A DNA stretch of 53,505 bases, taken from assembly GCA_003167515.1 (NCBI GenBank), contig PMSS01000484.1, forward strand, positions 12,780-66,284, read 5' to 3'. The notes beneath the pieces are model-generated. The model was not told where the DNA came from. It did not search any database and was given only the letters and a program-made list of their open reading frames with translations. Origin of the DNA: Acidobacterium sp. GTDB taxonomy: Bacteria > Acidobacteriota > Terriglobia > Terriglobales > Acidobacteriaceae. The first letter of the stretch is position 1; each line of letters begins with the position of its first letter. This document shows positions 16,582-25,659 of the stretch, in pieces. The translations under genes and the position numbers were made by a program.

Positions 16582-17909
16582 TCGAGACTGCGAAACAGGG
16601 AGGTCTCGCGACCGATGATGGAGAGATGGCCGGCGAGAGCTCGTCCGAGAGCTCATCAGGGGCGGATGCGGGACCGGTGGCAGCTTCTAACGTGAGCACG
16701 GGGACTCGGCTGGCGGGGAAGCGATGCGGCATGGTGGTGTTTTCGCACTATCCTGCCGATCCGCGGCCGCGCCGGGCGGCGCAGGCGCTGCTCGGCGAAG
16801 GGATGCGCGTGGATCTGATCTGCGAGCAGGACGCAAAGTCCCCGAAGCGGGAAATGGTCGACGGGCTCGAGATCATACGGATTCCCATCCGGCACAGCCG
16901 GGGCGGCTTTCTTTCCTACGCGTATCAATACGCCACGTTCATTCTGATATCGGCTGCCATCTTTGCATGGCGTTCGCTCCGGCGCCGCTACGATCTGGTT
17001 TATGTGCACAACATGCCGGACATCCTTGTGATCGGCGCGCTGATTCCCAAATTGTTCGGTGCGAAGGTCATCCTCGATCAGCATGATCCGATGCCCGAGC
17101 TGATGTTGACGATCTTCAACAAGGACAAAGAAAGTTTCGGTGTGCGGGTGATTCGCTGGCTAGAAAAATGGAGCATTGCGCGCGCTGATCTGGTGATCAC
17201 CGTCAGCGTCACCTTCAAGCGAATCTTTTCGGGGCGCAGTTGCCCGGCGGAGAAGGTCGGCGTGGTTATGAATACTCCAGATGAGAGCCTTTTTCCCTGT
17301 CGTCGAGCGCGCTCCTATCCGGTGCGTCATGCCGGCGATCCGTTCGTGATCATGTATCACGGACTGCTCGAGAGCAGGAACGGCCTGCATGTCGCGGTGG
17401 ACGCCCTGGCGCGATTTCGTAAGAAATTTCCGAATGCCGAACTCCGAATCTACGGGCGCAGCACACCGTATCTCGAACAGGTGCTGGCCACGGTTCGCGA
17501 TCTCGGCGTCGACGGCAGCGTTCATTATCTGGGACCGAGGAAGCTTGAAGAACTGGCGCGCGAGATTGAGCAATGCGACGTGGGAGTCGTTCCGAATCCG
17601 CGCAACGATTTCACGCAAATCAATACGCCGACTCGGATCCTCGAATATCTGGCTCTCGGCAAACCGGTCATCGCTCCCCGCACCGAGGGGATCACGGATT
17701 ACTTCGCCGCGGATTCGCTGTTCTTCTTCGATTCCGGCGACACGAAGGATTTCGAGGAGAAACTGGAATATGTGGCGTCTCATCCGGGCGAAGCGGTCGC
17801 GACGGCGGAGCGGGGGCAGCAAGTCTATCTGCGGCATACCTGGGAACAGGAGAGAGAGGCGCTGGTGAGCCTGGTGACGCAGCTGATCCACCAGGGCAAG
17901 GCGGCCTGA
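16578..17909 (+). CDS. glycosyltransferase, GT4 family (GT-B fold)
   Basis: The N-domain has VVFSHYPADPRPRRAAQAL...DLVYVHNMPD...VILDQHDPMPE. The C-domain has VIMYHGLLESRNG...GVVPN...TPTRILEYLALGKPVIAP. The ATG at 16578 overlaps the upstream stop (ATGA). The first roughly 50 aa are low complexity, and an alternative ATG lies at 16731. Confidence 0.85.
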   Translation: MIETAKQGGLATDDGEMAGESSSESSSGADAGPVAASNVSTGTRLAGKRCGMVVFSHYPADPRPRRAAQALLGEGMRVDLICEQDAKSPKREMVDGLEIIRIPIRHSRGGFLSYAYQYATFILISAAIFAWRSLRRRYDLVYVHNMPDILVIGALIPKLFGAKVILDQHDPMPELMLTIFNKDKESFGVRVIRWLEKWSIARADLVITVSVTFKRIFSGRSCPAEKVGVVMNTPDESLFPCRRARSYPVRHAGDPFVIMYHGLLESRNGLHVAVDALARFRKKFPNAELRIYGRSTPYLEQVLATVRDLGVDGSVHYLGPRKLEELAREIEQCDVGVVPNPRNDFTQINTPTRILEYLALGKPVIAPRTEGITDYFAADSLFFFDSGDTKDFEEKLEYVASHPGEAVATAERGQQVYLRHTWEQEREALVSLVTQLIHQGKAA

Positions 17910-18057
17910 GCCTTTGCCAGGATATCATCGGAGTGGCCGCCCGAGGATCATGCAACGAAGACAAGAGGGGCAGGTTGTCGGGGGCCGACTGTAGTTCCGT
18001 CGATTATCATCCCTGTTCAGCCGGCAGCGTTCCCGTCGGCGTGTCAGTCTGAATCGA

Positions 18058-19512
18058 ATGCCTCCGTCTATAGCGCTAATATTGTGGTTCGTCTCCCTGG
18101 CGGCTCTGTTGTATTTCGACCCCGCCAATGACGCGAGGCTGTCGCCCGCGTCATGGGTGACGGTTGTCTGGCTGTTCATCGCCGGGACACGATTACCGTC
18201 GCAGTGGGTGGGTGGAGCCGGGTCGATGTCGGCAGCGGCGCTCGAGGACGGAAATCCGCTGGACCGGGGTATCTTCATACTCCTGATCCTGCTCTGCGTC
18301 GTAATCCTGATCTCAAGGTCATTCAACTGGAACGGCTTCTTCACGAGCAACCTGGCTTTGACGGCCTTTCTGGTCCTGGCACTGGTCAGCGCGTTTTGGT
18401 CGGACTTTCCCCTGATCGCCATCAAGCGATGGATTCGCGATTTTGGGACTTACCTGATCGTTCTGGTTGTGCTCTCCGATCCTCGACCGCTCGAGGCGGT
18501 GCGCGCGGTCCTTCGCCGGCTGAGTTATCTGCTGATCCCGCTGTCCATTCTGCTCGACAAATATTATCCGGAAGTCAGCAAGCAATACGATCCATGGACC
18601 GGCATTGGCTATTACGCCGGAGCCAGCACCAGCAAGAACATGCTTGGGCTCATGTGCCTGGTCAGCGGGCTGTTTTTCTTCTGGGACATCGTAACGCGGT
18701 GGCGGGACAGGAAGCAGCGGCGCGCGAAGCGGATCCTGCTGATCGACACAGCGTTTTTCGGGATGACAGTATGGCTGCTGCATACGGCTGAGAGCACGAC
18801 ATCGTATGTCTGCCTGGGGATTGGCTGCATAGTGCTGCTGCTGGCCAACGGTAAGATCTACCGGCGCCATCCGCGGCTGGTGCAGATCCTGATCCCGTCG
18901 TTATTCTGCGCTTATCTGATCCTGGACTTTGGGCTGGGCATGAATGGCTCCCTTGCGCAGGCAGTCGGGAAGAACGCGACGCTGAGCGACCGAACCAAAA
19001 TCTGGGCCTTCCTCCTCAGCATGCATACGAACCCGGTGATTGGCACCGGGTACCAGAGTTTCTGGCTCGGCTGGCGCCTCGACTGGGTGTGGACCAGGTC
19101 CGGACTCGGCCATCTCAATGAGGCGCACAATGGCTATCTTGAGGTTTACCTCGAAGAAGGTCTGGTCGGGGTTACGGTGCTCGCGGTTTTTCTGGCGGCA
19201 AGCTATTACGGTATCTGCAAGCGATTAAAGAGATCTTCCAGTCTGGCCGTGCTGGGTATGGCGGTATGGATCGCTTTTTTGTTTTACAACATGTCTGAGG
19301 CCGCCTTTGAAAGTGGCTTGTTCTACGCGATGTTCCTGCTGGGAGTGGTGACACTTCCGCAGCGCTCCGGAAAGCGAGTCAAGGAGGCCGCTGCATTCGA
19401 CACCGCGAAAGCAGAAACATTGGTACCCACACTCGCGGCGAAGACGGCAAGCGCGCGAACCACGAAGTGGCTGGCGCGCGGTAACCCACCTGAGATCAGG
19501 AACCGTTCATAA
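18058..19512 (+). CDS. O-antigen ligase/polymerase-like membrane protein (Wzy_C domain)
   Basis: About 10 or more hydrophobic segments. The characteristic periplasmic-loop motif is GLGHLNEAHNGYLEVYLEEGLVGVTVLAVFL. Confidence 0.8.
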   Translation: MPPSIALILWFVSLAALLYFDPANDARLSPASWVTVVWLFIAGTRLPSQWVGGAGSMSAAALEDGNPLDRGIFILLILLCVVILISRSFNWNGFFTSNLALTAFLVLALVSAFWSDFPLIAIKRWIRDFGTYLIVLVVLSDPRPLEAVRAVLRRLSYLLIPLSILLDKYYPEVSKQYDPWTGIGYYAGASTSKNMLGLMCLVSGLFFFWDIVTRWRDRKQRRAKRILLIDTAFFGMTVWLLHTAESTTSYVCLGIGCIVLLLANGKIYRRHPRLVQILIPSLFCAYLILDFGLGMNGSLAQAVGKNATLSDRTKIWAFLLSMHTNPVIGTGYQSFWLGWRLDWVWTRSGLGHLNEAHNGYLEVYLEEGLVGVTVLAVFLAASYYGICKRLKRSSSLAVLGMAVWIAFLFYNMSEAAFESGLFYAMFLLGVVTLPQRSGKRVKEAAAFDTAKAETLVPTLAAKTASARTTKWLARGNPPEIRNRS

Positions 19513-19565
19513 CTGAGAACCCGGTAGGTTCCGATTGGGCCGGCTGGAGAAAGAACGCGGAGATT

Positions 19566-20459
19566 ATGGATATCTGTGGCAAGGACGGCATGATCGAGGG
19601 AAGGCTGGTGCGTATTGCCCGCCTCGATGCGGAAGGGTTCGATTTTGTGGAGGACCCGGAGGCGGCATTGTCCGCTGTCCGGAAGTCCCGATCGCGTGCC
19701 GACCTGTTTACGTTTACCCAGAGGCTTTCGAATACCACGCCGCAGTACAGCTATCCGATGGAGTGGGACAACATGGCGGCGCTCCGTGTAACCACCTTCG
19801 ATGACTGGATGACGAATCAGCTCGATTTCAAGGCCAGGAACAAAGTTCGAAAGGCCGGGAAAAACGGCGTGGTGGTGCGGGAAGTTTCTTTCAACGACGA
19901 ACTGATCAGGGAGATCTCCGCCATTTACAACGAGTGTCCGATTCGCCAGGGAAAGCCGTTCTGGCATTATGGCAAGGATCTTGAAGCGGTGCGTAGGGTA
20001 AACGAGACCTTTCTGGACCGGAGCGTCTTTATCGGCGCCTCGTGTGAGGGCCGGATGATTGGCTTCGTAAAGCTCGTGATGGACGAGGAAGGAAGCCAGG
20101 CGGGCCTGATGCAGATTGTTTCGATGGTCGGTCAACGGGACAAGGCGCCGAACAATTCCCTGATTGCCCAGGCAGTGCGATCCTGCGCGGATCGGAAGAT
20201 TTCGCACCTGTGGTACGCGAAGTTTTCGTATGGCAAGAAGCAGCGGGACAGTCTGGCTGACTTCAAGGCGAACAATGGCTTTACGAAAGTCGACGTTCCC
20301 AGGTACTACATCCCTTTGACGGTCGCGGGACGGGTCGCGCTCCGTTTCGGTCTGCATCGTACGGCTGCGGACTGGGTTCCCGAGCCGGTCGCAGCGACGT
20401 ACAGAAAACTTCGCAACAGCTGGTATGAGACAAGACACCGCGGTTTTGAGAGTGCTTAG
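19566..20459 (+). CDS. GNAT-fold FemAB/CelD-like acyl- or aminoacyl-transferase
   Basis: FKARNKVRKAGKNGVVVREV...IGFVKLVMDEEGSQAGLMQIVSM...NNSLIAQAVRSCADRKISHLWY...LADFKANNGF matches by eye the FemAB-like/Acetyltransf_6 pattern seen next to AsnB-like genes in EPS loci. The 418-aa antisense ORF 19323..20579 is R/P/G-rich junk. Confidence 0.5.
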   Translation: MDICGKDGMIEGRLVRIARLDAEGFDFVEDPEAALSAVRKSRSRADLFTFTQRLSNTTPQYSYPMEWDNMAALRVTTFDDWMTNQLDFKARNKVRKAGKNGVVVREVSFNDELIREISAIYNECPIRQGKPFWHYGKDLEAVRRVNETFLDRSVFIGASCEGRMIGFVKLVMDEEGSQAGLMQIVSMVGQRDKAPNNSLIAQAVRSCADRKISHLWYAKFSYGKKQRDSLADFKANNGFTKVDVPRYYIPLTVAGRVALRFGLHRTAADWVPEPVAATYRKLRNSWYETRHRGFESA

Positions 20460-20603
20460 CCGTCCCGGGGATGCTCTGCCCTGTGCAGATCCGTTGCCGG
20501 GGCAAAATCGGAGAGTGGATGGGGCTTCTCCCTGCCCTACCTCTTCGGCAAACGCTGCAGGCATCAATGAGGCGAACATTGTGTCAGGCGGAAAACACTA
20601 GCT

Positions 20604-22481
20604 ATGCCAGGAATTGTGGGATGCATCACGCGCCGGCCGCGGGCATTGGCGGAAGCCGAAGTACGGCGCATGACCGACGCTCTGCTGCATGAGCGTTCGT
20701 ATGTGTCGGGTACGTGGGCCGAGGAGCCGCTGGGCGTGTACGTGGGATGGGCGGCGCGGAAGGGCTCTTTCTCCGATCGGATGCCGCTGCGAAATGAAGC
20801 GGGCGACGTGACGCTGGCGTTTGCCGGCGAGGAGTTTCCGGAGCCGGACGTGGCGCAGCGTCTGAAGGAGCGAGGACACGCCGTCGACCTTGAAGGGCCA
20901 TCGTACCTGGTGCATCTTTATGAAGAGGATCCGTCCTTTCCAGCAGGCCTGAACGGGAGATTCCACGGCTTGCTGACCGACAGGAACCGTGGCGAGGCCA
21001 TCCTCTTCAATGATCGCTTCGGGATGCACCGGATCTACTACCACGAGACGAAGGATGCATTCTATTTCGCAGCCGAGGCAAAGGCGATCCTGGCAGTGCG
21101 GTCCGAACTGAGGCGGGTGGATTACCAGGGCCTGGGAGAATTTGTTTCCTGTGGCGCAGTGCTCGAGAACAGGACGCTTTTCGAAGGCATCCAGGTGCTG
21201 CCTCCCGGTTCGGCATGGAAGTTTCGCAACGGATTCCTCGAGCGGAAGAGCAGCTATTTCGAACCGAGGGAGTGGGAGGATCAGGAAGCCCTCGATCCGG
21301 AAGCCTGGTATCAGGAGCTCCGATCGGCATTCACGCGCAACCTTCCGCGGTACTTCGCCGGGCGTGAGCAGATTGGAATGTCGCTGACCGGCGGCCTGGA
21401 CACGCGGATGGTTCTGGCCTGCCGCGAACCAGCCCCCGGCTCGCTCCCCTGTTACACCTTTGGGAGCATGTTCGGCGAACATGAAGATCTCCGGATCGCG
21501 CGGCGCATCGCGGATATTTGCAGTCAGCCGCATCAGGTTCTTACCGCTGGAGAGGAGTTTCTCTCGCAGTTCCGGCATTACGCCGAGCGCGCCGTCTACC
21601 TCACCGATGGAGGCGTGGATGTAAGCCGATCTCCCGACCTCTATTTGAACGAGCAGGCGCGGGAGATTGCGCCCGCCAGAATGACGGGCCTCTATGGCGG
21701 AGAACTCCTGCGAGGCTTTCGCGCGTTCAAGCCGTCGGAACCTTCTGTGGATTTGTATAGCCCGGAATTCCTTTCCAGCATTCGCCGGACATCAACGACC
21801 TATGCAGGACTCCTTGACGGCAACCCGCTCTCTGCTGCCGCCTTCAGGCAAGGGCCCTGGTATCTGTACGGCTCGCTGTCGCTCGAGCAGACGCAGATCA
21901 CCATGCGGTCTCCCTTCCTGGACAATGACTTCGTCCGAACCGTTTTCCGCTCGCCGGCTTCGGCGCTGGGGAGCGACGATGTTTCGCTGCGGCTGATTGC
22001 CGACGGGAATCCCGCTCTGCGGGCCATTCCGACGGATCGGGGTGTAGGCGGCGATCGGGGAAAGATGTTGGGAGGGATTTCCCACGGCTGGCTCGAGTTT
22101 CTCTTCAAAGCGGAGTACGCCTACGACATGGGCATGCCGCAATGGCTGGCGCGTATCGATCATGCTTTTTCGGCGCTCCATCTGGAGCGGCTGTTCCTCG
22201 GCCGGCACAAGCCTTTTCATTTTCGTGTCTGGTACCGCGACGCTCTGGCCGGATACGTGCGGGAAATGCTGCTCGACGAGCGGGCGCTGTCGAGGCCTTA
22301 CATCGAGCGCAGGAATCTCGAGACGGTGGTTGAGGGTCACCTCAAAGGAAACCGGAACTTCACGGTCGAACTGCATAAGGTGCTGACCCTCGAACTGGTA
22401 CACCGCATTTTCCTTGATGGGCAGGACGCCGGGCGGTCGGGAGAATCCCTAGCCTCCGCGGTACCTGCTGCCGCCCTCTGA
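20604..22481 (+). CDS. asparagine-synthetase-family (AsnB-like) ATP-dependent amidoligase lacking the glutaminase nucleophile
   Basis: The N-terminus is MPGIVGC rather than MCGI. The NGEIYN motif is replaced by AGEEFP. The synthetase domain is retained with a variant PP-loop SLTGGLDT (nt 21381-21404). No upstream in-frame start is available. Confidence 0.8.
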   Translation: MPGIVGCITRRPRALAEAEVRRMTDALLHERSYVSGTWAEEPLGVYVGWAARKGSFSDRMPLRNEAGDVTLAFAGEEFPEPDVAQRLKERGHAVDLEGPSYLVHLYEEDPSFPAGLNGRFHGLLTDRNRGEAILFNDRFGMHRIYYHETKDAFYFAAEAKAILAVRSELRRVDYQGLGEFVSCGAVLENRTLFEGIQVLPPGSAWKFRNGFLERKSSYFEPREWEDQEALDPEAWYQELRSAFTRNLPRYFAGREQIGMSLTGGLDTRMVLACREPAPGSLPCYTFGSMFGEHEDLRIARRIADICSQPHQVLTAGEEFLSQFRHYAERAVYLTDGGVDVSRSPDLYLNEQAREIAPARMTGLYGGELLRGFRAFKPSEPSVDLYSPEFLSSIRRTSTTYAGLLDGNPLSAAAFRQGPWYLYGSLSLEQTQITMRSPFLDNDFVRTVFRSPASALGSDDVSLRLIADGNPALRAIPTDRGVGGDRGKMLGGISHGWLEFLFKAEYAYDMGMPQWLARIDHAFSALHLERLFLGRHKPFHFRVWYRDALAGYVREMLLDERALSRPYIERRNLETVVEGHLKGNRNFTVELHKVLTLELVHRIFLDGQDAGRSGESLASAVPAAAL

Positions 22482-22759
22482 TTTTTCTTGTTTCACTGAG
22501 GATTCTGCCATGGAACCAACGTAACCAACCGTGGCCATGATAGACACTTCGGTAACCACAAGCAGATCACTTGCGTACCGAATGTTCTTCGATTAATACA
22601 TGAATTCAGGCCATTTCCGGCCCAGCGGATGAGAGACCCCAGCTGGGGACTTTGGTGTTCGGCACCGATAGCAAAATCTGGACAAATAGCCTTGGGTAGC
22701 GTGATACTCACCTCAACAGTAATCCAAAATACTGGATTCCCCCGAAAGGACGCTCCCCC

Positions 22760-24295
22760 GTGCTTAAGTGTCTGTACGTCAAAATTTCGCCGCTTGTATT
22801 TCTTCTTGCCGTATTTTCCGCGGCAGAAGCGCAGACAACCATCAACGCAGCCTCCTGCAACGTTTCGGACGTGCAGGCGGCCCTGAATAAGATAACGGCC
22901 AACGGAACCACCGTGGCCGTCCCAGCCGGCAGTTGCACCTGGACCTCCGGGATCGCCTTTTCCAGTGCGTATACCTTCACACTCCAGGGACAAAGCGTCG
23001 CAGCCACGACCAATGCTCAGGGCAATCCCGGAACCTTTGCCGACTCTACGCTGATCATCGACGGACAATCCGGAGGAGGCGGGAACAACCCTGTTATCGG
23101 GATCACGCTCACCGGGAGCTCTTCGCAGGTGGTGCGCGTGACGGGTCTGAGCTTTAAGGGCGGTAACGTCGTTTACAACGGCGAGTTGGCCGTGGGCGGC
23201 GCGACCGGACAAGCCCGCGTCGACCATAATCACTTCATTAACATCAACGACCTGGCGATATCGATGTACGAGCCCATGACGGGCGTCGCGGATCACAACA
23301 TATTCGATGTCCCGAACGGAGATGTCTTCAACGGGATTCGGGTTTATAACACCGCAGGCGACGGTTTCGGAGACGCTCCCTGGACGATGCCGCCCGGGCT
23401 GGGAACCGGATCCTTTATCTTTTTCGAGAACAATACATTCAACAACGGCTTCATGAACGATTGCGAAGTGGGTGGAGCTTTCGTTGCCCGGTACAACACG
23501 TTCAACGCGTTGGCCCCCGATCAGAACCTCGGGATTCAGAGCCACGCTACCGGATCGCAACCGCGAGGAAGAGGATGCCGGGCGTGGGAGGTGTATGAGA
23601 ACACCGTCGGCGGCGGCGGCGGCTCGATTATTTCCTCAGTAGGATTTCAGACGGCCGGTACCGGCGTGTGGTGGGGGAACACCATCACCAACACAAAAAA
23701 CGACATTGTGTTCGACGAGGACCGGGACAACTCCAATACCTATCAGCAAAGCTCCCCGCCGAATGGATGGGGCTACTGCGGCTCGGCCCAGTCGGGCACC
23801 CTCAGCTCCTGGGACGGCAATACCAGTTCCACCGGATACCCCTGCCTCGACCAGATCGGACGCGGTCAAGGAGACTCGCTCAGCGGTATGTGGCCGCAGG
23901 TTCTGGACGCCCTCCATGTTGGTCTCTTCACGGGCGTATGGCCGAATGAGGTTTTGCAGCCGGTTTATATCTGGATGGAGAACTTCAGCGGCACAGGGTC
24001 GATCGTCTCGGTCAGCAGTGGAGAAAACAATATCCAGGCCAACCGCGACTACTACGTCCCGGTCTCGCCATTTACCGGCGCAACCGGAACAGGCTACGGC
24101 ACGTATGCATCGATTCCGACCACCTGCACCACAGGCGTAGCGTACTGGGCTACAGATCAGAACAAGCTCTACACCTGCACCGCTACAAATACGTGGACGG
24201 CATATTACACGCCGTACACCTATCCGCATCCGCTGGTCACCGGGACAAGTCCCGCACCGCCGATCTCGCTCTCGGGGACCATTCTCAATAATTGA
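22760..24295 (+). CDS. secreted right-handed beta-helix protein (pectate-lyase-fold; candidate polysaccharide lyase/hydrolase)
   Basis: GTG start and signal peptide LVFLLAVFSAAEA|Q. Repetitive N/G/T/V-rich coils (VDHNHFININD, ADHNIFDVPNGD, FFENNTFNNG, ARYNTFN, VYENTV, WWGNTITN). The C-terminal YTPYTYPHPL motif is common at the end of beta-helix carbohydrate-active domains. Function is inferred. Confidence 0.55.
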   Translation: MLKCLYVKISPLVFLLAVFSAAEAQTTINAASCNVSDVQAALNKITANGTTVAVPAGSCTWTSGIAFSSAYTFTLQGQSVAATTNAQGNPGTFADSTLIIDGQSGGGGNNPVIGITLTGSSSQVVRVTGLSFKGGNVVYNGELAVGGATGQARVDHNHFININDLAISMYEPMTGVADHNIFDVPNGDVFNGIRVYNTAGDGFGDAPWTMPPGLGTGSFIFFENNTFNNGFMNDCEVGGAFVARYNTFNALAPDQNLGIQSHATGSQPRGRGCRAWEVYENTVGGGGGSIISSVGFQTAGTGVWWGNTITNTKNDIVFDEDRDNSNTYQQSSPPNGWGYCGSAQSGTLSSWDGNTSSTGYPCLDQIGRGQGDSLSGMWPQVLDALHVGLFTGVWPNEVLQPVYIWMENFSGTGSIVSVSSGENNIQANRDYYVPVSPFTGATGTGYGTYASIPTTCTTGVAYWATDQNKLYTCTATNTWTAYYTPYTYPHPLVTGTSPAPPISLSGTILNN

Positions 24296-24313
24296 TCATC
24301 GTCCGGTCCGGGA

Positions 24314-24341
24314 CAGCCGCAGCGGTTCGCCACTGCGGCTG
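24314..24341 (+). terminator. GC-rich hairpin (9-bp stem CAGCCGCAG / CTGCGGCTG, 10-nt loop) 19 nt after the beta-helix gene stop
   Basis: Complementarity read directly from the sequence. No U-tract follows. Confidence 0.4.
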
Positions 24342-24373
24342 CCTGGTTCCAGCCTTCAATACCAATCGTTACC

Positions 24374-24408
24374 GTGAACGGGGACTGGCGGTCGAAGTCC
24401 CCGTTCAC
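24374..24408 (+). terminator. strong hairpin (12-bp perfect stem GTGAACGGGGAC / GTCCCCGTTCAC, 11-nt loop) followed by CGGTTTA
   Basis: Complementarity read directly. A short T-run follows. It is the second hairpin in the 291-nt gap before the GT2 gene. Confidence 0.5.
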
Positions 24409-24586
24409 CGGTTTACGGGCGTCGATACTGCCTGTTCGCGACCAGATCGCTCGATCTGGGAGAACCTCTGCACGCCTCATCTGTTCATCGCAACCCTGCA
24501 GGCGGGATCTGCCACGGGAGCGATGAACTGAACGAGGCGCTTCGTTGTAGTTTGAGAATAATAGGAAAGCTCCGCCACGTGCTGCC

Positions 24587-25621
24587 ATGAAGCCACTCGT
24601 ATCGATTCTGATTCCCGCTTATAACGCCGAACAGTGGGTTGCCGACGCTGTTCATTCCGCCACCGGCCAAACCTGGCCGCATAAAGAAATCATCGTTGTC
24701 GACGATGGATCCCGGGATGGGACCTTTGCAGCTGCGCAACGGCTGGCTTCTCCCCAGGTCAAGGTCGTGACGGTGCCGAACCAGGGCGCTGCGTCAGCCC
24801 GAAACCATGCTTTGCAGCTCAGTCAGGGGGACTACATCCAGTTTCTGGATGCCGATGACCTGCTGGCTCCGGACAAGATCGAGAAACAGCTCGGCGCCCT
24901 GCGGGAAGGCGAGAGCAGGCGGATTCTTCTTTCCTCGGCATGGTCTCCGTTTTACTTCAGGACCCGCAAGGCCCGATACGTTCAAAGCCTTCTCTGTCAG
25001 GATCTGTCTCCTGTCGAGTGGCTTCTGGCAAAATTGGGACACAATCTGCACATGCAGACCGCGACCTGGTTGACAAGCCGGGAACTGGCCGAGGCGGCAG
25101 GACCGTGGGATACACGGCTACTGAGCGATGACGACGGCGAATATTTCGCCCGCGTGCTTCTGCAATCCGAGGGCACGCGATTCGTGCCCAATACCGGCGT
25201 GCTTTACAGAGTGACAACCACAAGCCGGCTGAGCTACGTCGGCGACGACAGGAAGAAAAACGCATTGTTGCTTTCGATGAAATTACACCTGCAGTACATT
25301 CGATCGCTCGAGGACAGCGCACGCGTGCGCAGAGCCTGTCTGGCGTACCTGCAGACCTGGTATCTGAGTTTTTATCCCGAGCGTCCGGACATCGTCGCTG
25401 AGCTGCAAAGCATGGCCGGGCTGATGAACCAACACCTGGAAGAGCCGCGCCTGCGCTGGAAATACGCCTGGATGAAACCGATCCTGGGGTGGAAAGCCGC
25501 GAAATGGTCGCAGGCCGTGCTTCCCCAGCTCAAAGCATCGTTCATCAGGCAATGCGACAAAACGCTGTACCAGCTGGAAACGGCTCGACGGGGCACAACT
25601 CCCCAAATCGGAATATCCTGA
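24587..25621 (+). CDS. glycosyltransferase, GT2 family
   Basis: VSILIPAYNAEQWVADAVHSATGQTW...IIVVDDGSRDGT...NQGAASARNHALQLSQGDYIQFLDADDLL contains the GT-A DxD motif. Confidence 0.9.
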   Translation: MKPLVSILIPAYNAEQWVADAVHSATGQTWPHKEIIVVDDGSRDGTFAAAQRLASPQVKVVTVPNQGAASARNHALQLSQGDYIQFLDADDLLAPDKIEKQLGALREGESRRILLSSAWSPFYFRTRKARYVQSLLCQDLSPVEWLLAKLGHNLHMQTATWLTSRELAEAAGPWDTRLLSDDDGEYFARVLLQSEGTRFVPNTGVLYRVTTTSRLSYVGDDRKKNALLLSMKLHLQYIRSLEDSARVRRACLAYLQTWYLSFYPERPDIVAELQSMAGLMNQHLEEPRLRWKYAWMKPILGWKAAKWSQAVLPQLKASFIRQCDKTLYQLETARRGTTPQIGIS

Positions 25622-25659
25622 TCCGCCGCAACAGACTCAGGGCCACACGAGGACCGCAC

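Noticed and set aside
15307-16656. 449-aa ORF on the minus strand
   Set aside because: It is exactly antisense to the well-supported DegT-family aminotransferase. Its translation is Arg/Pro/Gly/His-rich with no recognisable motif, so it is a typical GC-rich shadow ORF.
18058-19512. Considered whether this polytopic protein could be the missing exosortase
   Set aside because: It carries the Wzy_C/O-antigen-ligase loop motif (EAHNGYLEVYLEEGLVG). I could not find exosortase-like conserved Cys/Arg/His motifs in it.
19323-20579. 418-aa minus-strand ORF
   Set aside because: It is antisense to the FemAB-like gene. Its composition is low complexity and R/P/G-rich with no motifs, whereas the + strand frame has protein-like composition and a family-like motif pattern.
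22661-22673. GGCAC-N5-GCA resembling a sigma-54 -24/-12 promoter upstream of the beta-helix gene
   Set aside because: The GG-to-GC spacing is 10 nt instead of the required 12. The -12 TTGC context is also absent.
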